Below, in pieces: positions 9,541 to 21,192 of a DNA stretch of 64,000 nt. The notes under the pieces were generated by a model. That model did not search any database. It was not told where the DNA came from and saw only the letters and a program-made list of their open reading frames with translations. Location of the stretch: contig BK006945.2 in assembly GCA_000146045.2 (NCBI GenBank), positions 928,001 through 992,000 of the forward strand. Reading direction: 5' to 3'. This stretch comes from TPA_inf: Saccharomyces. Taxonomy: Eukaryota. Each line of letters opens with the position of its first letter. Within the stretch, counting starts at the first letter, position 1. A program made the position numbers and the translations under genes.

Positions 9541-12500
9541 ATGAGTGGGATAAAGAAGGAACCGATTGAATCTGATGAGGTTCCTCAACAAGAGACAAAA
9601 AATAACTTACCTAGTGCACCTTCTGAGATGTCACCCCTTTTCCTAAACAAAAACACACAGAAGGCTATGCAATCTATTGCACCAATATTGGAGGGTTTCA
9701 GTCCTAAGACGTCAGCTAGCGAAAATATGTCTTTGAAATTGCCACCTCCCGGTATTCAAGATGATCACAGTGAAGAGAATCTCACCGTGCATGATACTCT
9801 GCAAAGAACCATAAGCACTGCACTAGGAAACGGAAACAACACCAATACAGTTACAACTTCCGGTTTAAAAAAGGCAGACAGTGAATCAAAGTCAGAAGCT
9901 GATCCTGAGGGGCTCAGCAATTCTAACATAGTCAATGATGCAGATAACATAAATTCCATCTCCAAGACCGGATCGCCCCATTTACCTCAAGGAACAATGG
10001 ACGCTGAGCAGACTAACATGGGAACTAACTCTGTACCTACTTCATCAGCTTCTTCACGCAAATCCTCGACTAGTCATCCCAAACCTAGGCTACCCAAGGT
10101 AGGGAAGATTGGGGTATGTGCAATGGATGCAAAAGTCCTTTCAAAGCCAATGAGACACATTTTGAATCGTTTAATTGAACATGGTGAATTTGAAACTGTC
10201 ATTTTTGGAGATAAGGTGATTCTAGATGAAAGAATAGAGAATTGGCCAACTTGCGACTTTTTGATATCTTTCTTTTCTTCAGGATTTCCCCTAGATAAAG
10301 CAATTAAATACGTCAAGTTACGCAAGCCTTTCATTATCAATGATTTAATAATGCAAAAGATTTTGTGGGACAGGAGATTATGTCTACAAGTATTAGAAGC
10401 CTACAACGTTCCAACACCTCCTAGACTGGAAATCAGTAGAGATGGTGGTCCCCGTGCCAACGAAGAATTAAGGGCAAAATTACGTGAGCATGGCGTAGAA
10501 GTTAAACCCGTTGAAGAACCGGAATGGAAAATGGTTGATGATGATACTTTAGAAGTTGATGGGAAAACCATGACTAAGCCCTTTGTTGAAAAGCCCGTTG
10601 ATGGTGAAGACCACAACATTTATATATACTATCATTCTAAGAACGGAGGAGGCGGTCGTCGTCTATTCCGTAAAGTTGGTAACAAGTCTTCTGAGTTTGA
10701 TCCTACTTTGGTTCATCCTCGTACGGAGGGGTCTTACATTTATGAGCAGTTTATGGATACCGATAATTTCGAAGATGTGAAGGCTTATACGATTGGTGAG
10801 AACTTTTGTCACGCTGAAACTAGGAAATCACCTGTGGTTGATGGTATAGTTAGAAGAAATACTCATGGTAAAGAAGTTAGATATATTACTGAGTTATCAG
10901 ACGAAGAGAAAACCATTGCTGGGAAAGTTTCCAAAGCTTTTTCACAAATGATCTGTGGTTTCGATTTGCTTCGCGTTTCTGGTAAAAGTTACGTCATTGA
11001 TGTTAACGGATTTTCTTTTGTAAAGGATAACAAAGCTTACTATGATTCATGCGCCAATATATTGAGAAGTACCTTCATTGAAGCCAAAAAGAAGATGGAT
11101 ATGGAAAAGAAGAATCTGCCCATTATTCGTGAAGAAAAGGAACAAAAGTGGGTATTCAAAGGACTGGCTATCATTATCCGTCACGCGGACAGAACACCAA
11201 AACAGAAATTCAAACATTCATTCACTTCGCCTATTTTTATATCGTTACTAAAAGGTCACAAAGAAGAAGTTGTCATTCGGAATGTAAATGATTTAAAGAT
11301 TGTTCTTCAGGCCTTAAGAATTGCGTTAGATGAAAAAGCAGGAAATCCAGCTAAAATTAAAGTGTTAGCAAACGCTCTAGAAAAGAAACTGAATTTTCCC
11401 GGTACGAAAATACAATTGAAACCGGTTTTAAATAAAGAGAACGAAGTGGAAAAAGTTCAGTTTATTTTGAAATGGGGTGGTGAACCCACTCATTCTGCCA
11501 AATATCAGGCTACGGAACTCGGAGAGCAAATGAGACAAGATTTTGACCTATTGAATAAGAGCATTCTACAAAACATCAAGATATTTTCATCGTCTGAGAG
11601 ACGTGTTCTTCATACGGCGCAGTACTGGACCAGAGCTCTTTTTGGGGCCGATGAATTAGGTAGCGATGAAATCAGTATTAGAAAGGATCTTTTAGATGAC
11701 AGTAATGCCGCCAAAGATTTAATGGATAAGGTGAAAAAGAAGTTGAAGCCACTTTTAAGAGAGGGTAAGGAAGCTCCCCCACAATTTGCCTGGCCTTCAA
11801 AGATGCCGGAGCCATATTTAGTCATAAAGCGAGTGGTTGAATTGATGAATTACCATAAAAAAATTATGGATAACAACTTTGCTAAAAAGGATGTCAACTC
11901 GATGCAAACAAGATGGTGTACTTCTGAAGATCCTAGTTTGTTTAAGGAAAGGTGGGATAAACTTTTCAAAGAATTCAATAATGCTGAAAAAGTCGATCCT
12001 TCTAAAATTTCTGAATTGTATGATACTATGAAGTATGATGCTCTTCACAACAGGCAGTTCCTAGAGAACATATTTGACCCGGGTCTTCCAAATGAAGCTA
12101 TCGCCGATGAACTCGGCAGTCATTCTTTAGTTGACCGATACCCAATTAACGTTCTCGCCAAAAATAATTTTAAGATAATAGACAGTCATAGCATGAACAA
12201 TTCTGGAAAGAACAGTAGTAATAGTGTTGGGTCGTTAGGATGGGTTCTGGAAAGCGGAAAAACATCTACAGCAAGAAACCCCAAATCTTCTTCTCAATTC
12301 GATGAGCCACGCTTTATGCAGTTGCGGGAGCTGTATAAGCTGGCCAAAGTATTGTTTGATTTTATCTGCCCCAAAGAATATGGTATTTCAGATGCAGAGA
12401 AACTGGATATCGGTTTGTTAACTTCGTTGCCTTTGGCAAAGCAAATACTAAATGATATAGGAGACATGAAAAATAGAGAAACTCCAGCTTGTGTTGCGTA

Positions 12501-12981
12501 CTTCACCAAAGAGTCCCATATTTACACTCTATTGAATATCATATACGAATCTGGTATTCCAATGAGAATCGCTAGAAATGCTTTACCAGAACTAGACTAC
12601 TTGTCGCAGATCACTTTTGAACTTTATGAGAGTACGGATGCTTCTGGTCAAAAATCGCATTCCATTAGACTAAAAATGTCTCCTGGGTGTCATACTCAAG
12701 ATCCGTTAGATGTTCAATTAGATGACAGGCATTATATTAGTTGTATTCCAAAGATTTCCCTGACGAAGCATTTGGATATGGACTATGTTCAACAGAAATT
12801 GAGAAACAAATTTACCAGGGTCATTATGCCTCCGAAATTTACACCAGTAAACATTACGAGCCCCAACTTGAGTTTCCAGAAACGCAAAACCAGAAGAAAG
12901 TCGGTATCTGTTGAGAAGTTGAAACGTCCTGCCTCGTCCGGATCTTCATCATCTACCTCCGTTAACAAGACATTAGATTAG
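9541..12981 (+). CDS. VIP1: Inositol hexakisphosphate/diphosphoinositol-pentakisphosphate kinase Vip1 (YLR410W), 1146 aa
   Basis: N-terminal ATP-grasp kinase domain plus a C-terminal histidine acid phosphatase-like domain (RHADRTPKQK motif). The track ORF starts at TTG 9529; the true ATG is at 9541 (MSGIKKEPIESDE...). Confidence 0.9.
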   Translation: MSGIKKEPIESDEVPQQETKNNLPSAPSEMSPLFLNKNTQKAMQSIAPILEGFSPKTSASENMSLKLPPPGIQDDHSEENLTVHDTLQRTISTALGNGNNTNTVTTSGLKKADSESKSEADPEGLSNSNIVNDADNINSISKTGSPHLPQGTMDAEQTNMGTNSVPTSSASSRKSSTSHPKPRLPKVGKIGVCAMDAKVLSKPMRHILNRLIEHGEFETVIFGDKVILDERIENWPTCDFLISFFSSGFPLDKAIKYVKLRKPFIINDLIMQKILWDRRLCLQVLEAYNVPTPPRLEISRDGGPRANEELRAKLREHGVEVKPVEEPEWKMVDDDTLEVDGKTMTKPFVEKPVDGEDHNIYIYYHSKNGGGGRRLFRKVGNKSSEFDPTLVHPRTEGSYIYEQFMDTDNFEDVKAYTIGENFCHAETRKSPVVDGIVRRNTHGKEVRYITELSDEEKTIAGKVSKAFSQMICGFDLLRVSGKSYVIDVNGFSFVKDNKAYYDSCANILRSTFIEAKKKMDMEKKNLPIIREEKEQKWVFKGLAIIIRHADRTPKQKFKHSFTSPIFISLLKGHKEEVVIRNVNDLKIVLQALRIALDEKAGNPAKIKVLANALEKKLNFPGTKIQLKPVLNKENEVEKVQFILKWGGEPTHSAKYQATELGEQMRQDFDLLNKSILQNIKIFSSSERRVLHTAQYWTRALFGADELGSDEISIRKDLLDDSNAAKDLMDKVKKKLKPLLREGKEAPPQFAWPSKMPEPYLVIKRVVELMNYHKKIMDNNFAKKDVNSMQTRWCTSEDPSLFKERWDKLFKEFNNAEKVDPSKISELYDTMKYDALHNRQFLENIFDPGLPNEAIADELGSHSLVDRYPINVLAKNNFKIIDSHSMNNSGKNSSNSVGSLGWVLESGKTSTARNPKSSSQFDEPRFMQLRELYKLAKVLFDFICPKEYGISDAEKLDIGLLTSLPLAKQILNDIGDMKNRETPACVAYFTKESHIYTLLNIIYESGIPMRIARNALPELDYLSQITFELYESTDASGQKSHSIRLKMSPGCHTQDPLDVQLDDRHYISCIPKISLTKHLDMDYVQQKLRNKFTRVIMPPKFTPVNITSPNLSFQKRKTRRKSVSVEKLKRPASSGSSSSTSVNKTLD

Positions 12982-13067
12982 TGATCACACCCAATTTTTA
13001 ATTTAGTAACCCAAAACTAAATAAGTATTTACTCAACTTTTTTTTAAAAAAAAAAAACTTAATTGAA

Positions 13068-13122
13068 TTTTGCTCGCGATCTTTAGGTCCGGAGTTTTCG
13101 TTGAACCCTTAGACGAGCAAAT
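13068..13122 (+). promoter_or_regulatory. Two inverted copper-response elements (Mac1 CuRE, TTTGCTCG) and a TATA box of the CTR3 promoter, now upstream of the Ty2
   Basis: TTTGCTCG at 13068..13075 and its reverse complement CGAGCAAA at 13115..13122. TATATAAAG at about 13174..13182. The Ty2 insertion point is 13192. Confidence 0.55.
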
Positions 13123-13191
13123 TAGCGCCATAAGGATATGCGTCAGAGCACATTAATTAGTGACATATACCTATATAAAGAGCAACCTTCT

Positions 13192-13523
13192 TGTTGGAAT
13201 AAAAATCAACTATCATCTACTAACTAGTATTTACGTTACTAGTATATTATCATATACGGTGTTAGAAGATGACGCAAATGATGAGAAATAGTCATCTAAA
13301 TTAGTGGAAGCTGAAACGCAAGGATTGATAATGTAATAGGATCAATGAATATTAACATATAAAATGATGATAATAATATTTATAGAATTGTGTAGAATTG
13401 CAGATTCCCTTTTATGGATTCCTAAATCCTCGAGGAGAACTTCTAGTATATCTACATACCTAATATTATTGCCTTATTAAAAATGGAATCCCAACAATTA
13501 CATCAAAATCCACATTCTCTTCA
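13192..13523 (+). repeat. Ty2 5' LTR (delta), 332 bp
   Basis: TGTTGG...CA termini. It contains the TYA ATG (13483) and is identical to the 3' LTR. Confidence 0.9.
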
Positions 13524-14799
13524 TGGTAGCGCCTATGCTTCGGTTACTTCTAAGGAAGTCCCATCAAATCAAGATCCGTTAGCCGTTTCAGCTTCCAATT
13601 TACCGGAATTTGATAGAGATTCCACTAAGGTTAATTCTCAACAAGAGACAACACCTGGGACATCAGCTGTTCCAGAGAACCATCATCATGTCTCTCCTCA
13701 ACCTGCTTCAGTACCACCTCCACAGAATGGACAGTACCAACAGCACGGCATGATGACCCCAAACAAAGCTATGGCCTCTAACTGGGCACATTACCAACAA
13801 CCATCTATGATGACGTGTTCACATTATCAAACGTCACCTGCGTATTATCAACCGGACCCACACTATCCGTTGCCACAGTATATCCCACCACTGAGTACTT
13901 CCTCACCTGATCCAATCGATTTAAAAAATCAACACTCTGAAATACCTCAAGCTAAGACAAAGGTGGGAAATAACGTCTTACCACCACACACTTTAACATC
14001 AGAAGAAAACTTTTCTACATGGGTTAAATTTTACATCAGATTTTTGAAGAACTCTAATCTCGGTGACATCATTCCAAATGACCAGGGTGAAATCAAAAGA
14101 CAAATGACTTATGAAGAACATGCGTATATATACAATACCTTCCAAGCATTTGCCCCATTTCATTTATTGCCAACATGGGTAAAACAAATTTTAGAAATTA
14201 ATTATGCTGACATCCTTACAGTCCTTTGTAAAAGTGTGTCCAAAATGCAAACTAACAATCAAGAATTAAAGGATTGGATAGCTCTTGCCAACCTTGAGTA
14301 CGACGGAAGTACATCTGCTGATACATTTGAAATTACAGTCAGTACGATCATTCAGAGGCTAAAAGAAAACAATATCAATGTTAGCGACAGATTGGCCTGT
14401 CAACTAATACTTAAAGGTCTATCCGGTGACTTCAAATACCTACGTAATCAATATCGTACCAAAACGAACATGAAACTTTCCCAATTATTCGCTGAAATTC
14501 AATTAATATATGACGAAAATAAAATCATGAATCTAAATAAACCGTCCCAATACAAACAACACAGCGAATACAAAAATGTTTCTCGCACATCTCCAAACAC
14601 GACTAACACAAAGGTTACAACTCGTAATTATCATAGAACAAATAGTTCAAAACCAAGAGCAGCAAAAGCTCACAATATTGCTACATCTAGTAAATTCTCA
14701 AGGGTGAACAATGATCACATTAATGAATCAACCGTTTCATCACAATACTTAAGCGATGACAACGAACTTAGTCTTAGGCCAGCAACAGAAAGAATCTAA
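13483..14799 (+). CDS. Ty2 Gag (TYA), 438 aa
   Basis: ORF starting inside the 5' LTR, 438 aa, Ty2-type capsid protein. Confidence 0.9.
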   Translation: MESQQLHQNPHSLHGSAYASVTSKEVPSNQDPLAVSASNLPEFDRDSTKVNSQQETTPGTSAVPENHHHVSPQPASVPPPQNGQYQQHGMMTPNKAMASNWAHYQQPSMMTCSHYQTSPAYYQPDPHYPLPQYIPPLSTSSPDPIDLKNQHSEIPQAKTKVGNNVLPPHTLTSEENFSTWVKFYIRFLKNSNLGDIIPNDQGEIKRQMTYEEHAYIYNTFQAFAPFHLLPTWVKQILEINYADILTVLCKSVSKMQTNNQELKDWIALANLEYDGSTSADTFEITVSTIIQRLKENNINVSDRLACQLILKGLSGDFKYLRNQYRTKTNMKLSQLFAEIQLIYDENKIMNLNKPSQYKQHSEYKNVSRTSPNTTNTKVTTRNYHRTNSSKPRAAKAHNIATSSKFSRVNNDHINESTVSSQYLSDDNELSLRPATERI

Positions 14800-17700
14800 G
14801 CCAACACACACAATAGACTCGAATGACGAACTACCTGATCACCTTCTTATTGATTCAGGAGCTTCGCAAACGCTTGTCAGATCAGCCCATTATTTACACC
14901 ATGCAACACCCAATTCTGAAATAAACATAGTCGATGCTCAAAAACAAGACATTCCTATAAATGCCATTGGTAATCTTCACTTCAACTTTCAGAACGGCAC
15001 CAAAACATCAATAAAAGCACTACACACACCAAACATAGCCTATGATCTATTAAGTTTGAGTGAGCTGGCTAACCAAAATATTACTGCCTGCTTTACCAGA
15101 AACACTTTAGAAAGATCGGATGGTACAGTACTAGCTCCCATAGTCAAACATGGAGACTTTTACTGGTTATCTAAAAAATACCTAATTCCTTCGCACATTT
15201 CAAAGCTAACAATAAACAACGTCAACAAAAGCAAAAGCGTAAATAAATATCCATATCCGTTAATACATCGAATGCTTGGACATGCTAACTTCCGAAGTAT
15301 TCAGAAGTCTCTTAAGAAGAATGCAGTTACATATTTGAAGGAATCGGATATTGAATGGTCTAACGCTAGCACATATCAATGTCCTGACTGTCTAATCGGC
15401 AAAAGCACGAAACATAGACATGTCAAAGGATCACGACTAAAGTACCAAGAATCATATGAGCCTTTTCAGTACTTGCATACCGATATATTTGGTCCTGTAC
15501 ATCACTTACCGAAAAGTGCACCTTCTTACTTTATATCGTTTACAGATGAGAAAACCAGATTCCAATGGGTGTACCCATTACACGACCGTCGTGAAGAATC
15601 TATCCTCAATGTTTTTACATCGATATTAGCATTTATTAAGAACCAATTCAATGCTCGCGTTCTAGTTATCCAGATGGATCGTGGCTCCGAGTACACTAAC
15701 AAAACTCTTCATAAGTTCTTTACGAACAGAGGTATTACTGCATGCTATACAACCACGGCAGATTCTAGAGCACACGGTGTCGCTGAACGATTAAATCGTA
15801 CTTTATTAAACGATTGTCGCACACTGCTTCATTGCAGTGGTCTACCAAATCATCTATGGTTCTCAGCAGTCGAATTTTCTACTATAATCAGAAATTCATT
15901 AGTCTCACCAAAAAACGATAAATCTGCAAGACAACATGCAGGTTTAGCTGGACTGGACATTACTACTATACTACCTTTCGGTCAACCGGTTATAGTTAAC
16001 AACCATAATCCCGACTCGAAAATACATCCTCGTGGCATTCCAGGTTACGCCTTACATCCGTCACGAAACTCTTATGGCTATATTATCTATCTTCCATCAT
16101 TAAAAAAGACAGTAGATACTACCAATTACGTTATATTACAAGACAACCAATCCAAATTGGACCAATTCAATTATGATACACTCACCTTTGATGATGATCT
16201 CAATCGTTTAACAGCCCATAACCAATCTTTTATTGAACAAAATGAAACAGAGCAGTCATATGATCAAAATACAGAATCTGATCATGACTATCAATCGGAG
16301 ATTGAAATAAACTCTGATCCTCTAGTGAACGACTTCTCGTCCCAATCAATGAACCCCTTACAATTAGACCACGAACCAGTCCAAAAAGTACGTGCACCAA
16401 AAGAAGTTGATGCCGACATATCTGAATACAATATTCTTCCATCTCCTGTACGATCTCGTACACCCCATATCATTAATAAAGAGAGTACCGAAATGGGTGG
16501 TACCATTGAATCAGATACTACTTCACCTAGACACTCGTCTACCTTCACTGCACGAAACCAAAAGCGACCTGGTAGTCCCAATGATATGATTGATTTGACC
16601 TCACAGGATAGAGTTAATTATGGACTTGAAAACATCAAAACTACACGTTTGGGTGGTACGGAGGAACCATATATTCAACGAAATAGTGATACAAATATCA
16701 AATACAGGACTACAAATAGTACGCCCTCAATAGATGACCGTTCGTCCAACAGTGAATCCACTACTCCCATCATCTCCATAGAAACAAAGGCTGTATGTGA
16801 TAATACACCCTCCATTGATACGGATCCGCCAGAATATCGATCTTCTGACCATGCGACTCCTAATATAATGCCTGACAAATCCTCAAAAAATGTTACGGCT
16901 GATTCTATTCTTGACGACCTCCCACTTCCTGACTTAACCCATAAATCTCCTACGGACACTTCTGATGTTTCAAAAGATATTCCACACATACACTCTCGTC
17001 AGACTAATTCCAGTTTGGGTGGTATGGATGATTCTAATGTTCTGACTACTACCAAAAGTAAGAAAAGATCATTAGAAGATAATGAAACTGAAATTGAGGT
17101 ATCCCGAGACACATGGAATAATAAGAATATGAGAAGTCTGGAACCACCAAGATCGAAGAAACGCATAAATTTAATTGCAGCAATAAAAGGAGTGAAATCG
17201 ATCAAACCAGTTCGAACGACCTTAAGATATGATGAAGCAATTACATATAATAAAGACAACAAAGAAAAAGACAGATATGTTGAAGCTTATCATAAAGAAA
17301 TTAGCCAACTATTGAAAATGAACACTTGGGATACAAACAAATATTATGATAGAAATGACATAGATCCTAAAAAAGTAATAAACTCAATGTTTATATTTAA
17401 CAAGAAACGTGATGGTACACACAAAGCTAGATTTGTTGCAAGAGGCGACATTCAACACCCCGATACATATGATTCTGATATGCAATCCAATACCGTACAT
17501 CACTATGCACTGATGACGTCACTGTCAATCGCATTAGACAACGACTATTATATCACACAGCTGGACATATCCTCTGCTTACTTATATGCTGATATCAAAG
17601 AAGAATTATACATAAGACCTCCACCACATTTAGGTTTGAATGATAAATTACTACGTTTGAGAAAATCACTCTATGGTTTGAAACAAAGTGGTGCAAACTG

Positions 17701-18796
17701 GTATGAAACCATTAAATCATATTTAATAAATTGTTGCGACATGCAAGAAGTTCGCGGATGGTCATGCGTATTTAAGAATAGTCAAGTAACAATTTGCTTA
17801 TTCGTTGATGATATGATATTATTCAGCAAAGACTTAAATGCAAATAAGAAAATCATAACAACACTCAAGAAACAATACGATACAAAGATAATAAATCTGG
17901 GTGAAAGAGATAACGAAATTCAGTACGACATACTTGGATTAGAGATCAAATATCAAAGAAGCAAGTACATGAAATTAGGTATGGAAAAATCCTTGACAGA
18001 AAAATTACCCAAACTAAACGTACCTTTGAACCCAAAAGGAAAGAAACTTAGAGCTCCAGGTCAACCAGGTCATTATATAGACCAGGATGAACTAGAAATA
18101 GATGAAGATGAATACAAAGAGAAGGTACATGAAATGCAAAAGTTGATTGGTCTAGCTTCATATGTTGGATATAAATTTAGATTTGACTTACTATACTACA
18201 TCAACACACTTGCTCAACATATACTATTCCCCTCTAGACAAGTTTTAGACATGACATATGAGTTAATACAATTCATGTGGGACACTAGAGATAAACAATT
18301 AATATGGCACAAAAACAAACCTACCAAGCCAGATAATAAACTAGTCGCAATAAGCGATGCTTCATATGGTAACCAACCATATTACAAGTCACAAATTGGT
18401 AACATTTTCCTACTCAACGGAAAAGTGATTGGAGGAAAGTCGACAAAGGCTTCGTTAACATGCACTTCAACTACAGAAGCAGAAATACACGCAGTCAGTG
18501 AAGCTATACCGCTATTGAATAACCTCAGTCACCTTGTGCAAGAACTTAACAAGAAACCAATTATTAAAGGCTTACTTACTGATAGTAGATCAACGATCAG
18601 TATAATTAAGTCTACAAATGAAGAGAAATTTAGAAACAGATTTTTTGGCACAAAGGCAATGAGACTTAGAGATGAAGTATCAGGTAATAATTTATACGTA
18701 TACTACATCGAGACCAAGAAGAACATTGCTGATGTGATGACAAAACCTCTTCCGATAAAAACATTTAAACTATTAACAAACAAATGGATTCATTAG
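14756..18796 (+). CDS. Ty2 Pol (TYB: protease, integrase, reverse transcriptase, RNase H), expressed as a Gag-Pol fusion via +1 frameshift at CTTAGGC (14773..14779)
   Basis: 1346-aa +1-frame ORF with integrase zinc motif ([11 protein letters not shown]...CPDCLIGK), DDE integrase core, RT motif (FVDDMILFS) and RNase H (AISDASYG...TEAEIHA). Confidence 0.9.
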   Translation: MTTNLVLGQQQKESKPTHTIDSNDELPDHLLIDSGASQTLVRSAHYLHHATPNSEINIVDAQKQDIPINAIGNLHFNFQNGTKTSIKALHTPNIAYDLLSLSELANQNITACFTRNTLERSDGTVLAPIVKHGDFYWLSKKYLIPSHISKLTINNVNKSKSVNKYPYPLIHRMLGHANFRSIQKSLKKNAVTYLKESDIEWSNASTYQCPDCLIGKSTKHRHVKGSRLKYQESYEPFQYLHTDIFGPVHHLPKSAPSYFISFTDEKTRFQWVYPLHDRREESILNVFTSILAFIKNQFNARVLVIQMDRGSEYTNKTLHKFFTNRGITACYTTTADSRAHGVAERLNRTLLNDCRTLLHCSGLPNHLWFSAVEFSTIIRNSLVSPKNDKSARQHAGLAGLDITTILPFGQPVIVNNHNPDSKIHPRGIPGYALHPSRNSYGYIIYLPSLKKTVDTTNYVILQDNQSKLDQFNYDTLTFDDDLNRLTAHNQSFIEQNETEQSYDQNTESDHDYQSEIEINSDPLVNDFSSQSMNPLQLDHEPVQKVRAPKEVDADISEYNILPSPVRSRTPHIINKESTEMGGTIESDTTSPRHSSTFTARNQKRPGSPNDMIDLTSQDRVNYGLENIKTTRLGGTEEPYIQRNSDTNIKYRTTNSTPSIDDRSSNSESTTPIISIETKAVCDNTPSIDTDPPEYRSSDHATPNIMPDKSSKNVTADSILDDLPLPDLTHKSPTDTSDVSKDIPHIHSRQTNSSLGGMDDSNVLTTTKSKKRSLEDNETEIEVSRDTWNNKNMRSLEPPRSKKRINLIAAIKGVKSIKPVRTTLRYDEAITYNKDNKEKDRYVEAYHKEISQLLKMNTWDTNKYYDRNDIDPKKVINSMFIFNKKRDGTHKARFVARGDIQHPDTYDSDMQSNTVHHYALMTSLSIALDNDYYITQLDISSAYLYADIKEELYIRPPPHLGLNDKLLRLRKSLYGLKQSGANWYETIKSYLINCCDMQEVRGWSCVFKNSQVTICLFVDDMILFSKDLNANKKIITTLKKQYDTKIINLGERDNEIQYDILGLEIKYQRSKYMKLGMEKSLTEKLPKLNVPLNPKGKKLRAPGQPGHYIDQDELEIDEDEYKEKVHEMQKLIGLASYVGYKFRFDLLYYINTLAQHILFPSRQVLDMTYELIQFMWDTRDKQLIWHKNKPTKPDNKLVAISDASYGNQPYYKSQIGNIFLLNGKVIGGKSTKASLTCTSTTEAEIHAVSEAIPLLNNLSHLVQELNKKPIIKGLLTDSRSTISIIKSTNEEKFRNRFFGTKAMRLRDEVSGNNLYVYYIETKKNIADVMTKPLPIKTFKLLTNKWIH

Positions 18797-18818
18797 ATCT
18801 ATTACATTATGGGTGGTA

Positions 18819-19150
18819 TGTTGGAATAAAAATCAACTATCATCTACTAACTAGTATTTACGTTACTAGTATATTATCATATACGGTGTTAGAAGATGAC
18901 GCAAATGATGAGAAATAGTCATCTAAATTAGTGGAAGCTGAAACGCAAGGATTGATAATGTAATAGGATCAATGAATATTAACATATAAAATGATGATAA
19001 TAATATTTATAGAATTGTGTAGAATTGCAGATTCCCTTTTATGGATTCCTAAATCCTCGAGGAGAACTTCTAGTATATCTACATACCTAATATTATTGCC
19101 TTATTAAAAATGGAATCCCAACAATTACATCAAAATCCACATTCTCTTCA
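18819..19150 (+). repeat. Ty2 3' LTR (delta), 332 bp
   Basis: Identical to 13192..13523 and preceded by the polypurine tract. Confidence 0.9.
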
Positions 19151-19252
19151 CTTCTCCGATAGACTTGTAATTTATCTTATTTCATTTCCTAACACTTTGA
19201 TCGAAGAAGAGGGATAACAACAGACGAAAACACATTTAAGGGCTATACAAAG

Positions 19253-19978
19253 ATGAATATGGGAGGCAGTAGCAGCACTGCTGCCAAAAAAGCGACTTGT
19301 AAAATATCGATGTTATGGAATTGGTATACCATTGACACCTGCTTCATTGCCAGATCTTGGAGAAATGACACCAAAGGAAAATTTGCTGGTTCTTGCATCG
19401 GCTGTTTTGCGCTTGTGGTGGTAGCTCAATGGCTTACTCGTTTTTCAAGGCAATTTGACGTAGAGCTATTAAAAAGACAGAAAATAAAGCATTTAGCTAG
19501 TTACTCGCCAGAGGAGTACGTTGTCAAATGTGGAGAAGAGGATGCTAAATCTGATATAGAAGAACTACAAGGCTTTTACAACGAACCAAGCTGGAAAACA
19601 ACTTTAATTTCCTTACAAAAAAGTTTCATTTATAGTTTTTACGTTTGGGGTCCAAGGAGATTGAACGAGCCAGAAGACGACCTGTTAAAGAAGGTCCTAT
19701 CATGCTGTACATTAATAACGCCAGTGGATTTGTACCCAACTTTTTTGGATCACATGATAAGAGTTACTATTTTCGTATTACAGTGGGGGTTATCTTATAT
19801 CATCATGCTGCTGTTCATGTACTATAACGGCTATATCATTATTAGTTGTTTAATAGGTGCTATCGTTGGTCGTTTCATATTTTGCTATGAACCTCTAGGC
19901 TCATTGGGTGCTAATGGATCAGCCCAGGGTACAGTGAGTTATGATAAAGAGAGTGATGATCGCAAATGCTGCTTGTAG
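19253..19978 (+). CDS. CTR3: High-affinity copper transporter Ctr3 (YLR411W), 241 aa
   Basis: 241-aa Cys-rich membrane protein with three TM segments and a GG4-like motif (CLIGAIVG). It lies immediately downstream of the Ty2, as in S288C. Confidence 0.85.
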   Translation: MNMGGSSSTAAKKATCKISMLWNWYTIDTCFIARSWRNDTKGKFAGSCIGCFALVVVAQWLTRFSRQFDVELLKRQKIKHLASYSPEEYVVKCGEEDAKSDIEELQGFYNEPSWKTTLISLQKSFIYSFYVWGPRRLNEPEDDLLKKVLSCCTLITPVDLYPTFLDHMIRVTIFVLQWGLSYIIMLLFMYYNGYIIISCLIGAIVGRFIFCYEPLGSLGANGSAQGTVSYDKESDDRKCCL

Positions 19979-20367
19979 AAAGACAAAAATGAATAGAGGA
20001 AAGCCGAGAGGTTTGTTTCAAAAATTGACGCCTTCCTCATTTTTTTCATAATTAGCTGGTAAAAGTTACTATTTGTAACGACTGCTAAATAACAAATAAT
20101 TATTCGTGTAAAAATAAATAGCTAATACCACCAGGTGTTCATATTCCATGACTGCATATTTGGGAAACGAGACGGTTTGAACATCCTTAGTTGATGTAAA
20201 ACTATAATAAAAGCTCTATGGGAAGTAAACTATCTGCGGGTCGGGTAAGGAATGATGCTTGCTCGACGTGTAGCGATGAAAAAAGTGAAAACTTATTTGA
20301 ACTCTAGAAAACTGCTAAGATCCTGAACTGATACCGAAGTTAATGACCTTGACCGGTCTTCTGCTGT

Positions 20368-21192
20368 ATGGATTTTAAAGCAAGTGGGACAAAGTTTAAG
20401 AAAACTGGCAAGAAGGTAGTGCCTGCTAAAGCGTTTGAAGAAATTGTTCAGACAAATAGAGATGTTCTGAAAAAATCAGCATTCCTCTCAGATTTACTTG
20501 AAAATTTACAACCGCACCTCAATAACATTAAGAAAATACGATGTGTTGCAATTGGAAATTTCAAGGAGGATTTTCCTGCGACGTACCAATTCGCTCTTCT
20601 CCTAGAGATTACTGATTATATAAAAAGTGAGGATGAAAGGGATGTCGTTGTTTCCCTGTATGATCCAATATTTACTAAAGAAGAGATACAGTACTTGAAA
20701 AGTTTAGGAAGCAAATGGCTGATAGAGGAAGAATTTTCAGAGAACGATGCAATTGATTATGAATCGGTATTATATTTCCTTCCCCATGCTCCTTTGGATT
20801 TAACTGAGAACATACTATCGTCACAGCGACCACACTTATGGCTGGCAAATAATATGATATCACACACCGATAGATACACCAAAGCAAAACTTTGTGAAAA
20901 CTATCCTAATTTAAGCAAGCTAGTTCATTACTTGCAGACTAACGCTCCGCCAGAAGTTAAAAAAGCACATGATGTAGATGGTTTTGCAACATTCATTCCA
21001 AAGAGAAAAAGAAAAAACAGAAACAACTCCTCTAAACTCAAGGTCACACCATCTGATATAGACTATGATTCAATAGCACCGAAGTTTAAGTCCTGCCAAA
21101 TACTCACCGATTTTGATGAAGGAAAGTATTTGAAGGAAAAACCCTGGATCAATTCCTTCTCTGACTTGACGTTACATGCTATAGAGTACTAA
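20368..21192 (+). CDS. BER1: Benomyl-sensitivity protein Ber1 (YLR412W), 274 aa (SRR1-like)
   Basis: 274-aa ORF. Size and synteny match YLR412W. Confidence 0.7.

Larger units (their letters stand above)
13192..19150 (+). mobile_element. Full-length Ty2 LTR retrotransposon (Ty1/copia group), 5959 bp, YLRWTy2-1-like, flanked by a 5-bp target-site duplication CTTCT
   Basis: Identical 332-bp delta LTRs (TGTTGGAATA...TCTTCA) at 13192..13523 and 18819..19150. PBS TGGTAGCGCC at 13524..13533 and PPT GGGTGGTA at 18811..18818. TYA and TYB overlap by 44 nt with a CTTAGGC +1 frameshift site. TSD CTTCT at 13187..13191 and 19151..19155. The Gag sequence is Ty2-type (438 aa, [46 protein letters not shown]...). 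Confidence 0.95.

Noticed and set aside
16230-17262. Antisense ORFs of 77-104 aa inside Ty2 TYB (mirrored at 49630..50662 in the second copy)
   Set aside because: They lie entirely within, and antisense to, a well-supported 1346-aa Pol ORF. They are duplicated only because the element is duplicated. Nothing suggests they are coding.
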